DNA from: Camelus dromedarius
Lineage: Eukaryota
Assembly: GCF_036321535.1 (NCBI RefSeq)
Contig: NC_087437.1
Coordinates: 19,966,001-20,030,000 of the forward strand
Reading direction: 5' to 3'
Length of the DNA stretch: 64,000 bases
Below the pieces are notes generated by a model that was not told the DNA's origin, searched no databases, and was given only the letters and a program-made list of their open reading frames with translations. Below are positions 53,295 through 64,000 of the stretch, piece after piece; position 1 is the first letter of the stretch; every line of letters begins with the position of its first letter. The translations under genes and the position numbers were made by a program.

Positions 53295-53414
53295 TAAGGT
53301 GATCAACTTGTTAGGTTTTCTTAAGACTTTCTGAGTTTTAGCAGTAAAAGTCCTGCACCCTGGGAAACTAGTTCCAGGCAAACTCAATGGCTCATGTCCC
53401 TCCTTGTCACCCTA
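53295..53414. mobile_element. hAT-Blackjack MER94-like
   Basis: TAAGGTGATCAAC...GTTTTAGCAGTAAAAGTCCTGCACCCTGGGAAAC...TTGTCACCCTA, with inverted ends. Confidence 0.55.
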
Positions 53415-53894
53415 CAGACAAGAGGTGACCTTTGGAAAGCCCTGCATCCTTACAGTGCATGGAACTACATTTGTGTTGTCACTTTTTTTCCTAAGCCTCA
53501 AAAAATATCAACTTCAAACCCACGTGTTAGACACATTCTCTCATTTAAAAAAAAGCATGAGAATCCGGAACACCAGAATCCCTAAAGTAAAACAAAATGA
53601 TGGGATTGATTCCCTTTGCTGCAGTCATCCCCTCCTGATGGTTTTCGGTGTGCTTGCTTGTTTTTTTGAAAGGGTATCATTTGAGTGGGACGTGCAGGCA
53701 TTTCGGTGTGTGGAGGGCTGTGGGGTACATGGACTGGGAGACACCTCCGCCCCTCAGCTCCCCCCTAGACAGCACTTTGTCCCCATTATGTGGCAGGAGG
53801 TGAAGACATAGAGCAGCCCCAGCACTCCCCAGGCTCCCCCATGCCCCAGCCCAGTTAGTACCCTACGGGACCAATTCTCCTGCCTTCCAGAGTT

Positions 53895-54028
53895 TCGCAG
53901 ATATGCTGATTCCTAGGCCACACCCTCAGAGACTCTGATCTAGTTAATCCCATATTGGGCCGGGCATCGGGACTCCTTAAAAATCTCTCTTAGGTGATCC
54001 TAACATGCTGCCAGGATTGAAATCACAT
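53895..54028. mobile_element. hAT-Charlie MER5-like
   Basis: GCTGATTCCTAGGCCACACCCTCAGAGACTCTGAT...AGGTGATCCTAACATGCTGCCAGGATTGAAA. Confidence 0.65.
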
Positions 54029-55061
54029 TTCTAATCAAACAGGATATATGAGCAGTAGGGGATTCCAGACGTCAGCACATTTCAGAGCCTCTACCTCCCA
54101 GGCATCTGAAGGCACAAATTAATGGGCAGGTGAGAAGTGAACTTCAGAGACCTGTCTGTGGGTGTCTGGGAGGAGATGAGAGGCGATGATGTCCATTCTC
54201 TGGCCAGCACAAAGCATTTGATTTGACATCCCCCATGAGAACAGGGTGTAGGGGATGCTGAAGGGGCCATTTTGAAGTGGGGACACAAGCTGTACTGCCC
54301 AGGGGCCCCCACAGGGGGTGCCACCCATCAGGAATAAGGCACCTTATCCTGATTCCTGCAGGCATCCGTGGCTGGGTCCGCAGAGTGGCAGCAGCCCCAA
54401 GCCCAGGGGAAGAGGAGAAGGAGGGGGAGGTGGCTTGTTTGGGCAGAGGTGGAGGAGAATAAGGATCTTCCTCAAATGCTGCGGGCAGCCGGCCTCCACT
54501 GGACCGCGACGTGTTCAGTGGCCTTGCTCTCGGGCACGTGGGAGACTCGCTCTGAGAACTTGGAGCGGTAGCACCTGGGAAGGCACCTGTCAGCATCAGA
54601 AGAGGCGTGGCTGAAGTGCTAGGATATGAGGCAGGGGCTGAAGCACGGGGGGCACGCAGGTGCTCGGTAATCACACATCTCTAGGGACTGAGGTCCAACT
54701 ACAGCCATCCCACCTGTTCACCCTGGGGCAGGATATGCATGTGACCAAAAGGCATCCCTCTAGAATTCCTCCAACTGAGGAATAGGAATATAGTCTTCAA
54801 AAATATGAAGGAATTCATATTTTATTCTAAAATGTTTGTCTACGCACAGGAGATAGAAGGAACTACGCTCCGCAGATTTGGAAGTCAGGTTTCCATCTCG
54901 GTCCTCCCATGCCCACCAAGCGACTGTTGACCCAGGACAAATCACCTTCCTACCTTGGGCCTCCGGGGGCCCGACTTTGAGAAGGGATGTGGATCAGATG
55001 CTTTCTAGGGGACTTCTTAGCACTGACACTTTAGGCATTCCCACCTTTTTAGCCCAGTGTC

Positions 55062-55551
55062 TGTATTAGTCAGGGTTCTCCAGAGAAAGAGAACCTGTGT
55101 GTGTGTGTGTGTGTGTGCATGCGCGTGTGTGCGTGTGAATTGGTTCTTGCAGAGGTGGAGGCTGAGAAGTCCTAGCATCTGCTGCCTGTGAGCTGAAGAC
55201 CCAGGAAAGCTGGTGGTTTCATTTGGTCCAAGTCTGAAAGTCTGAGGGCCAGAGGCGCTAGCGGCATAAATCCCGGTCCAAGGGTCGGAGAGGATGAGGT
55301 GAGACGTCCCAGCTCAGCAGTGAGGCAGGAAAAAAGAGGGATGACTTCATTCTTCCTCTGCCTTTTGGTCTATTCGGATCCTAAAGGGTTGGGTGAGGCC
55401 CACCCACGCTGGGGAAGGCAATCTACTGTACTAAGTCCACCAGTTCAAATGCCCATCTCATCTGAAAGCATCCTCGCAGACACACCCAGAAATAATGTTT
55501 AATCTGGAAACCCCGTGGCTGGTCAAGGTGACATACAAAATTAGCCACCAC
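55062..55551. mobile_element. ERVL solo LTR (MLT2-like) with internal (TG)n
   Basis: TGTATTAGTCAGGGTTCTCCAGAGAAA...CAGACACACCCAGAAATAATGTTT...ACATACAAAATTAGCCACCAC. Candidate 5-bp TSD GTGTC/GTATC. Confidence 0.85.
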
Positions 55552-56640
55552 GTATCTGTGGAAAGAGAGAGGGGGCCTGGAGGAGGAGTTTTTCTGTGGG
55601 GTCTTTGATTCCTTGCTACCAGCCACAGTCCCTCCCTCTCTCCCTGCTTCTCCTAAGCACGTGCCTACAACTCCTGGAGCCACAGAGGAGCTGAGATGCC
55701 CGCCGGCTTGGTGCAAGTCAAGCCCTACTTCTGTTAAGATGTTACTTCAACAGACAGAACCATAAGAGAGACTGTCCTGCCTCCAAAGTTATTTCTCTGT
55801 ACAAACAAGCCAGGCTGAAAATCTGAGCTTAGAGGAAGATAAATTGATGCAGACAGATGTTTTAGCCAGAGCAGTTGCCCTACAGCTCACACAAGAACAT
55901 TCAGTCCACGTGCCCAGCCAGTTGTCTGCAAAGTCTAGCAAGGCTGAGGGTTGAGCAACCGTGCTACAGGGGGCTTATCTGGCACCAAATTACTCTGAGG
56001 GCTGGAACTCTCAGGAGGAAATGGTCTGGGGGAGTCAAGGGTTGTGGATTCTGATCTAACTCACTGACATGACCTGGGCTAGGGAGGTAACAGCAAATGA
56101 CTTCAATGTTGGGCACCTATAATATTCCAGATACAGTGTTGGCACTTTGCAGATTTTATCCAATTTAATTGTCTTTCAAACATTAGGGCATTATTAGCTC
56201 CATTTTATAGATGAGAAAATTAAGGCTTTGGGGGTTCTTAAGGGAAGAGTTACTCTGTGCCGCAGGTGGTCTGACATGAAAGCCTATTTTCTTTCCTCTA
56301 TTATGTAGTAAAGCCTAGATATCCTCATTTCACTCAGCATTCTTGGAAACTGCCTTAACTCATGGGTCCCAGCTAAGAGAGCTTGGGAGTGCAGGAGGTT
56401 AGAGATATCAGGGAGGGGCTTGGAAAAGCAGAAGGTTAGGGCAGTCACCAGAGAGCCTCATGCAGCAGGCTAACAGTCTGGCAGCAGCATCAGTACCAAC
56501 CCGGCCACTCATCCTTGCTTATGGCCTGCAGCCGGCAGGAGGAGTCCAGAAAGATAGCAGTGTGACCTCTGACGCTGGCCAGGAATCATGTCAATTTAAG
56601 AAATAGTAACAACCCCTTTCAAAAGGTACCTGCTTAATCT

Positions 56641-57219
56641 TTTTTAAACTTTTATTTGCATTTATTTTATGCTGAATTTATTTCTGGGCTACAAGTTTTT
56701 GTTTCTGCAGTTTCTTCTGGGGGATCTTTTTCTTGTATGCAACCTCCTTTTGGGGTTTAGGAACTCTGTTCTTCTTTAGTTAAGATCATCTTAATGTGAC
56801 AGGCGGAGCTCATGTAGAGATAATCCGACCACTAGTTCGATAAACACAGTGGCTTTGTTCACCTGGATGTGCTCAATGGCCAGAGAATCTTTATCCAAAC
56901 CCTTAAGTTTATCATTACTCTGCATTTTTAAGCATGTGCAGCAAAAAACAGCACTCCTTTGGGCCAATGACTCTGTGTCCAGCCCCACTGTTTCACTTGG
57001 ATGCATCCACCAGCTCCACCATTCAGAGGCAGAATGGCATCTTTCATATACTTAGTGGCTTATCGGATATGCAACCTAATGGCCTGGGCAATTACATGGG
57101 TGTTTGTAGAGTGGCCACAAACATTTGAACCTCTTGATTTTCATGATTTTGTGGGATTTTCTGGATCAAGCGAACAGCGATCGATTTTCAGAGATCAACG
57201 AAGTTGGCTTAGCAAAGAG
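56641..57219 (-). pseudogene. RPL17: Processed pseudogene of 60S ribosomal protein L17 (uL22)
   Basis: Intronless. Fragments SLDPENPTKS.KSRGSN, KQWGWTQ, LKGLDKDSLAIEHIQVNKA and KKKIPQKKLQKQKL match RPL17. The start codon is mutated to ATC (57183-57185) and TAA is at 56678-56680. AATAAA and a residual A tail follow. TSD CCTGCTTAATCT / CCTGCTTCATTT at 56629-56640 and 57220-57231. Several frameshifts. Confidence 0.95.
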
Positions 57220-57301
57220 CCTGCTTCATTTTTTTTTTTTTATTAGAAACGTGGGAATAGTCTGTGCTCTTGGTGGGATATATCAAAACAAGTCTAACGG
57301 A

Positions 57302-57503
57302 AGGACCTAGTGTATAGCGCAGGGAGCTATATTCAATTTCTTGTAATAACGTCTAATGGAAAAGAATCTGAAAAGAAAAAACATATAGTACGCACGTGCA
57401 AACTGAACCACTTTGCTGGACACCTGACACTAACATGGTAAATTAACTACACTTCAATAAAAAATTAAAAATAACAAATTAAATTAAAAATTTGATATAA
57501 AAA
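57302..57503 (+). mobile_element. 5'-truncated L1 3'UTR
   Basis: AAGGACCTAGTGTATAGCGCAGGGAGCTATATTCAA...AACTACACTTCAATAAAAA. Degenerate TSD ACAAGTCTAACGGA / ACAAGACTAACAGA. Confidence 0.8.
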
Positions 57504-59029
57504 AAACACAAGACTAACAGACAACATACAGGGAAGAGAGACATGATCTGGCAACCAGACACTCAATGTGGGCAACAAACGTGTCTGAGTGATCATGCGT
57601 TCCCCCACCATACGTTCACTCAGCCCATGCAGTGCCCAGCCCTGTACCAGGATCTGGGAACACTGAGTGAGCCAGATCTGGTTCTGCTTTCCAGGAGCCT
57701 GCACTTCTCCAGGGCCCTCCAGAGAGCACTCCAAACTCTGATGGTGGCAGAGGCAGGGAGGGGGTCAGTGGTTTGAGTATTTCCATGTCAGACTGTTCCA
57801 GCTGGGACTCACAACTGTTTGGCTGTGCCTTCTTGGGCGGCTATGTCTCATGCTTCATGAAGTTTTCATAGGGAAAAAATGAGGAAAATCTATTTTAATT
57901 ACATTTTAGAAGTCAAATTTACATAATCATTTGATGTAGTGCTGCTTGTTCTGGGCATCCCTGGAGGGGCACCAGAGCCGCCGTCCCCGCAAGTGCCTCC
58001 GCCCCTGGGGCTGCAGCCAGACTCTCCTCCCTCCGCACGGGGAGAGCCAGGCTGCACTCAGCTGCCGCGGGATGGGCCCCCAGCCAGGGATAATTAGGCC
58101 GAATGGGTGTGAAAACCCACACAGTGGGAGAAAAGAAAGGAAAGCCTTCTCTTTAATCACTTTTTTCCCCCCAAACTTGAGGGTAAAACACTAAAATTCA
58201 AATCTATTTTCATAATATAGTCTTCATTAATGTGAAATGTGGTTTTAGGCAGACCTTAATTCAAAGCCTGGTTTTTCAGTGGAAAAGAATGTTACTTTTT
58301 TGGTGACCTTTAATAAATCCAGAGCTGACAATATGGAATTATAAAAGATTTCTTAAAGCAGCCGAATTCCGAGAAGAGCCTTTTCCCCACTGACTGGTTC
58401 TCGGGGTGGCAGACGGTGTCCACACTGTGGCATTTGTGCCAGGAATCTGTTGGCTGTGACTCCTGCGGGCTGCACACGTGCGGGGATGTGTGGGTGTGTG
58501 GTCCCCTCTGTGAGTGCCAGTGCCACTTCTTTTCTGGCTGGCTTTCTCTGAGTCCAGCTTGGTAGGCACTCAGGCGCTGTCTAGAGAAGGAGGGAAGGAA
58601 GGAATAAATGAGTGACATTACCAGAAGATAACTTCCTCGATCTCAGTTCTAAAATTTGGCATCTCCTCTGGGGCAAGGCCATTGAGTTTGACATTTATAA
58701 AAATTTTTTTAGAAAGAATAATCCTAAGTATTATTCTTCCATTAAAATTTGCATTGGCCTCTATTATTTATTCAGGACCTGCTTCAATGCTTTGGTCATT
58801 TGCCTAGTTATTAAATGACTATTTTGCGACTAGGAGTCTGAAGACCTAATTTGCTTTCTTTAAAGTTTTGGCAGGAAAAGCTAAAAATGTTTCATGAAAT
58901 TTGGAGATAACGTCTTTACTCTAGCCTGGTGACTGACACCTGCTGACTAGGCGGCAAGGGGAAAGGCACCAAGGACAGCTGCTCCCTCCCTCCCTCCCTT
59001 CCTTCCTTCTTTCCTCCCTCCCTCCTCAA

Positions 59030-59500
59030 AGAGTTACTGAGCACCTTCTTTGAGCCAAGCCCCGTGATCTGTGCTGTCAACAGTACCCTGTGTACCTGAT
59101 GGAAAGGACACCCAGCTCCCGCATTCATGGAGCTCTGTCAAGTGAGGGAAACAAAGAAGTAAGCAGACAACACGAAGGAACAGACGTAGCACTCTGAGGC
59201 AGTGGAGATGTGCTGGGAAGGAGTAAGAGTTGCTCTGGTGGAGATGGGGAGGCTGGAAAGAGGAGGTTTCAATGTAGAACACAGTGGGGGCCCCCAGCCT
59301 AGGTTATAATGAGCCCCAGATGCCACACTAAGAAAATGGTTTCTAAACACAGTGGAGAGGTATGGAAGAATCTTAAGCAAGGGAATGAGACATGGCTTTT
59401 ATATGTAAAGAAAACCTTGGAAACAGAATCGAGAGGAGCAGGGATGGATGAGAGTGGATCAGAGACAAGGAGACTAAGAGGAAGGCGTAGTGGACTGTGG
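59030..59500 (-). mobile_element. L2 fragment
   Basis: TTACTGAGCACCTTCTTTGAGCCAAGCCCCGTG...CATTCATGGAGCT and TTAAGCAAGGGAATGAGACATG. Confidence 0.55.
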
Positions 59501-59612
59501 GGGAAAAGACAGAGCAACTTCTAGAATGGAACCCAAGGCTTGAAACCCATCCTGAGTAAAGATGTGAGGGGTCCACTCTTGCCGGAGATCCCAAACCAGT
59601 GCTCAGAGACCC

Positions 59613-59770
59613 TCACTAGTCAAAGTGTGGTCCACAGACCAGCAACACTGGCTTCACCTGGGGGCTTGTTGGAAATGCGGCGCCTCAGCCCCACCCAGAC
59701 CTACTGAGTCAGAATCTGCTTATTAAGCTCTCTGGGTCATCTGGATTACGTGCAAGTTTGAGAAGCATGC
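59613..59770. mobile_element. hAT-Charlie MER5A-like
   Basis: TCAAAGTGTGGTCCACAGACCAGCAAC...CAGACCTACTGAGTCAGAATCTGC...AAGTTTGAGAAGCA. Confidence 0.85.
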
Positions 59771-61414
59771 CTGCAGAGGATTGTGAGAAGGAGGAACACA
59801 ATTCTAGAAGGTGTAAGCAAGTTAGGACAGTGTGTTGCCCAGATGTGTCTTGTTGAGCTGATGACTTGTGCTGTTCAAGGGAGTAGCAATGGGGGCTCAG
59901 AGACTTGAAGGGATATGTAGGCAGCTGAGGAAGCCAGCAGGCATCTCTTCAGCCTTGACCCAGCCCATTGTATGAAAGCCAGTGATGGCTGGATCTGCTG
60001 GCCATGTGTCTCTGGGGGAGCCAGGGAGACCAGGCCACCGTGCCAGGTTAACATCAATCCCTGGCTCTCCCCCCAGCCCCAGTCTAAACTATCTCACTGT
60101 TGGCCAGATGTGCATTCCTGCCTCAGACTTTTCACACACATGCGAGTTTGATCGCTGAGATCCTTCCTACTCCCTGTACAGTCCAGGTCCACCAGGCAAG
60201 GGTCAGTGGGAGCCCTACCCAAGGTCAAGGCAGAGGGATAAAGAGCAAAAGACAGATGGGAGATGACAAAGTTACAGTTGCAAAGACAGAGTCGGCAAGT
60301 CTTGATCATGGGCAAAACGTGGGAGTAAGATGGGGGCTAGTCAAGTTCAGCACTTGAACTCGGCTGTGGCCGCTGCCAGGTTCCTCAGTGGCTGAGAGGG
60401 CGCAGCACAGGGGTTACCTCCATGGGTACAGGAGCTGTCCCCACACCCAGGAAGCCTGTTGTCAGCCTCTCTGAGCTCAAGGGCGCCATGTACGTGGCGC
60501 CTGAGAAGTTGATGTTCCTAATTAGTGTTGGCAGCAGCTACATTTGTTTATGATGTTACATAATCAGATGTGTATAATTGCTCTTTTATAACTCACTTAA
60601 AAATTTCAAAAGAGCGCAGCGTGGGCAGGGAGAGTGTGAGCAGGGGCCTCTGATAGCGCAGCATTCCAGCCTTTCCTCCCAGGGAAGGGTGTACGGACTA
60701 AGAGAGAACACGGCCAGGACCAGGAAGTGGAGAGGCTGTTGTCAGATCAGCCAGAACACGGGATGGCTCCTTTCTCCAGGACAGACCTCAGCTGAATTCT
60801 TTTCATTACAAGGAGGTAGAAAGTTCAGGATCCTGGAAGACAAGGACCTACCCAGGGTTTCAGTCTTCATTATTTTCTCATGGGTAAGGCATCATCTAGA
60901 CACAACTGTTGCCATGTCGTCTCCCTGACAGATGTGGGAATCCTTGACTGAGTGATCGACACTTCTGGGATCAGAGCCCCCATGCTTGGTGTTGGCAGTA
61001 GGCTGTCAGTTCTGCTCAGAGGCATGGGTAGGCCTTTGCTGGGGGCAGCTGGGTAACTTTTCACAGCAGTCAGGGAGCCTTGTTCCACCTCCTTTGGAAC
61101 TATCCTTGGGGAAGAAATTGTGGGTCCCTTACTCAGTTTGGGCACATCTCTCTCCACTCTTTTCTAGAAATCCTAAAATGAGTAAGGAGGGACTCTTCAC
61201 AAGGTATTTGTAGACTTCCTGTGTTCTCACCACTTGTGACAAATATGTGACAACTTTGAGAAGAGATGCAGATCCTTGGAAACCTTGTTTAAGAGGTGGG
61301 AATAATCTTCTTGGCTTCCTGCAAGAAGGAAAAATTATTGTATAAAGGGGTGATGAGCTCTTGGGCCCCACGAGGAGGAATTTTATGAGAGTTTCCCATA
61401 ACTAATTTACAAGA

Positions 61415-61580
61415 AAGGTTCTCAATCTAGGACTCATCGTGGCTGCAGGAATTCCGTGAACTGTCTGAAGTAATTGTGGTTACAATTTTTGTATGTGTGC
61501 ATTTGTACATTTTTATGGGAAGCAGATCCTTGTCATTCATAAAATTGCAAAGACTGTGATTTAAAATAGCTTAAGAACAT
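61415..61580. mobile_element. hAT-Charlie MITE remnant
   Basis: GGTTCTCAATCT ... GCTTAAGAAC are Charlie-type inverted ends. Confidence 0.45.
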
Positions 61581-62200
61581 AGAGTATTTTCATGTCTCTA
61601 AGTTTATGAAGAGCCTTCAGATAGATCCCATGTGGTCCTCATGTCATCCTTGTGAATGAGGCAGAGACCATTATCCCCAGTTTATCGTGAGAAAACTGGG
61701 ACATAGAAATGTTCAGCTCTCACTGGCCATGTGCTTATTGGTTCTCAGAAACTTGACACATAACCAGGGATTTGACTCCTCTTTTTTCAACTACAGCACA
61801 AACTTGAAGAACAGAAATTACTGGAGCCAGAGAACCCAGGACATTTGGACATTTGGAAACCTTTAAGATTCTTAAAGTCTGAATCTGGAAACCTGATTTC
61901 AGTGCATATGAGTCAGATCTCTGCCAACTCAAATATTCCCTTTCTCCACATTTTGCTGATGTGATGTCTTATGAGATGACAAGTCTTTTTCTAGGTCAAA
62001 GTTAACCCTTGGTATAACGGCTGAAGACAAGAGAGACCTTTCCCCAAATATATCCACAAGAGCCTCCTTGCCCAGTCCTATCCTAGGCACTGGGACCTCT
62101 CATTTCAAAAATGCAGGTATCTACCCCTTTTTCAAGGAAGGTGGACCTTAAACTTCATTTTGCCCCATGCTGCTCCAAAAAGCAGCCATAAGGATGCTGG

Positions 62201-64000
62201 TTTTTTTTATTACATTTTTTTATTGAGTAATAGTCATTTTACAATGTTGTGTCAAATTCTAGCGTAGAGCACAATGTTTCAGTTATACATGAACATATAT
62301 ATATTCATTGTCACATTTTTTTTCGCTATGAGCTACCACAAGATCTTGCATATATTTCCCTGTGCTATACAGTATAATCTTGTTTATCTATTCTGCATTT
62401 TAAAATCCCAGTCTGTCCCTTCCCACCCCCCGCCCCCTTGGCAACCACAAGTTTGTATTCTGTGTCTATGAGTCTGTTTCTGTTCTGTATTTTTTTTTTT
62501 TTTTTAGATTCCTCATATGAGTGATCTCATATGGTAGTTTTCTCTCTCTTTCTGGCTTATTTCACTTAGAATGACATCCATGTTGCTGCAAATGGCATTA
62601 TGTTGTCGTTTTTTGTGGCTGTTGTCAGTTTTTGTGGCTGAATAGTATTCCACCGTATAAATATACCACATCTTCTTTATTCAGTCATCTGTTGATGGAT
62701 ATTTAGGCTGTTTCCATGTCTTGGCTATTGTAAATAGCACTGCTATGAACATTGGGGTGCAGGTGTCTTTGAAGTAGGGTTCCTTCTGGATATATGCCCA
62801 AGAGTGGGATTCCTGGGTCATATGGTAAGTCTATTCCTAGTCTTTTGAGGAATATCCATACTGTTTTCCACAGTGGCTTTCCTTGTTTCCCTCTCCCACT
62901 CTTAATGATTTAGATGTCTTCTTTTACAATTTTGTGTTTATTCTTTTTGTAATTCATGGCAGTTATCTCCTTTCCAGTTGTGAGTTTCTCATTTTTGTAG
63001 CATCTTGCTTCTTTTCTATTTAGAGTAGGCCTGTCAATATTTCTTTTAGCATGGGTTTAGTGTTGCTAAACTCTTAGTTTTTGCTTGTCTGTGAAGTTCT
63101 TTACCTCTCCTTCTATTCTAAAGGATAGCCTTGCTGGATAAAGTATCCTAGGCTGCATCTTTTTTTCATTCAGGACTTTGAATATATCTTGCCACTCCCT
63201 TCTGGCCTGTAGTGTTTGTGTAGAGAAATCAGCTGAAAGCCTTATGGGAGTTCCCTTGTAACTCACTCTTTGTTTTTCTCTTGCTGCCTTTAGGATCATT
63301 TCTTTATCCTTGACTCTGGCCATCTTGATTATGATATGTCTTGGTGTGAGTCTGTTTGGGTTCTTCCTGTTCGGGACCCTCTGAGCCTCCTGTACTTGGA
63401 TATCTGATTCCTTCTTTGGGTTTGGGAAGTCTTCAGTCATGATTTCTTCAAATACCTTTTCAATCCCCTTTGTTCTTTCTTCCCCTTCTGGACCCCCTGT
63501 TATGCGTAGATTGGCATGCTTTATATTATCCCATAGGCCCCTTATATTGTTTTCATTGTTTTTTATTTGTTTTTCTCTCAGCTGTTCTGATTGGGTGCTT
63601 TCTGTTGTCCTGTCTTCTAGGTCACTTATTCTTTCCTCTGCATTAGCTAGCCTGCTTTGTACAGCCTTTAGGTCATCTCTCATCTCAGCAAATGAGTTTA
63701 CTAATTCTACTTGTTTCTTCTTTATAGCTTCTATTTCATTTTTGACATATTTTATATCTCTAAACACTATTTCTTTTAGTTCCTTCAGTACTTTGATCAC
63801 TCCTTTTTTGAAATCTTGATCTAGTAGGCCATCAATTTCTATTTCCTTGATCATGCTTTCAGGGGATTTCTCTTGATCTTTTAATTGGGAGTGGTTCTTC
63901 TGCTTCTTCATATTGCTCATATCTCTCTGGCACTGTGGCTTAAGGAGTATCAGTTATCTAGTTCTCCTGGAGGTGGTGTGCTCTTAATGATTTTATTGAG
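62201..64000 (-). mobile_element. Young camelid-type L1 with large internal ORF2 deletion (HAL1-like); continues beyond the window
   Basis: polyT, 3'UTR and ORF2 tip (62201-62878) are nearly identical in layout to 32743-33426. They are joined directly to the inter-ORF spacer and ORF1. Confidence 0.93.
63020..63920 (-). pseudogene. L1 ORF1p (coiled coil, RRM, CTD), nearly intact
   Basis: 284-aa ORF with AEERISDLEDR, LWDNIK, TPRHIIIK, ILKAAREK, GTPIRLSADFS, LQARREW and YPARLSF motifs. A 1-bp deletion near 63073 truncates it. The natural end FSNTKPMLKEILTGLL* lies in the shifted frame (TAA 63020-63022). Confidence 0.93.

Overview
This is mammalian, not prokaryotic, DNA. It is most likely camelid (alpaca/camel-like), judged from a tRNA-derived Vic-1-type SINE and the young L1 family. 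The window is intergenic or intronic, and I recognise no exon of a functional cellular gene. The only protein homologies are L1 ORF1/ORF2 remnants and a decayed RPL17 processed pseudogene (56629-57231, minus strand, with target-site duplication, TSD). The rest is retroposon and DNA-transposon debris (L1, L2, MIR, ERV solo LTRs, Tigger/Tc2/hAT elements), microsatellites, one near-perfect CTCF motif and a few repeat-free, motif-rich stretches that may be enhancers. The most unusual structures are three rearranged L1s: (1) an ORF1-retaining element lacking about 90% of ORF2 (HAL1-like, possibly spliced); (2) an L1-L1 chimera joining two different subfamilies inside one TSD; (3) an older L1 whose 5'UTR is fused straight to the inter-ORF spacer, so ORF1 is absent. 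I found no convincing new biological system. Repeat family names come from my memory of consensus sequences, not from a database search, and boundaries of old repeats are approximate.
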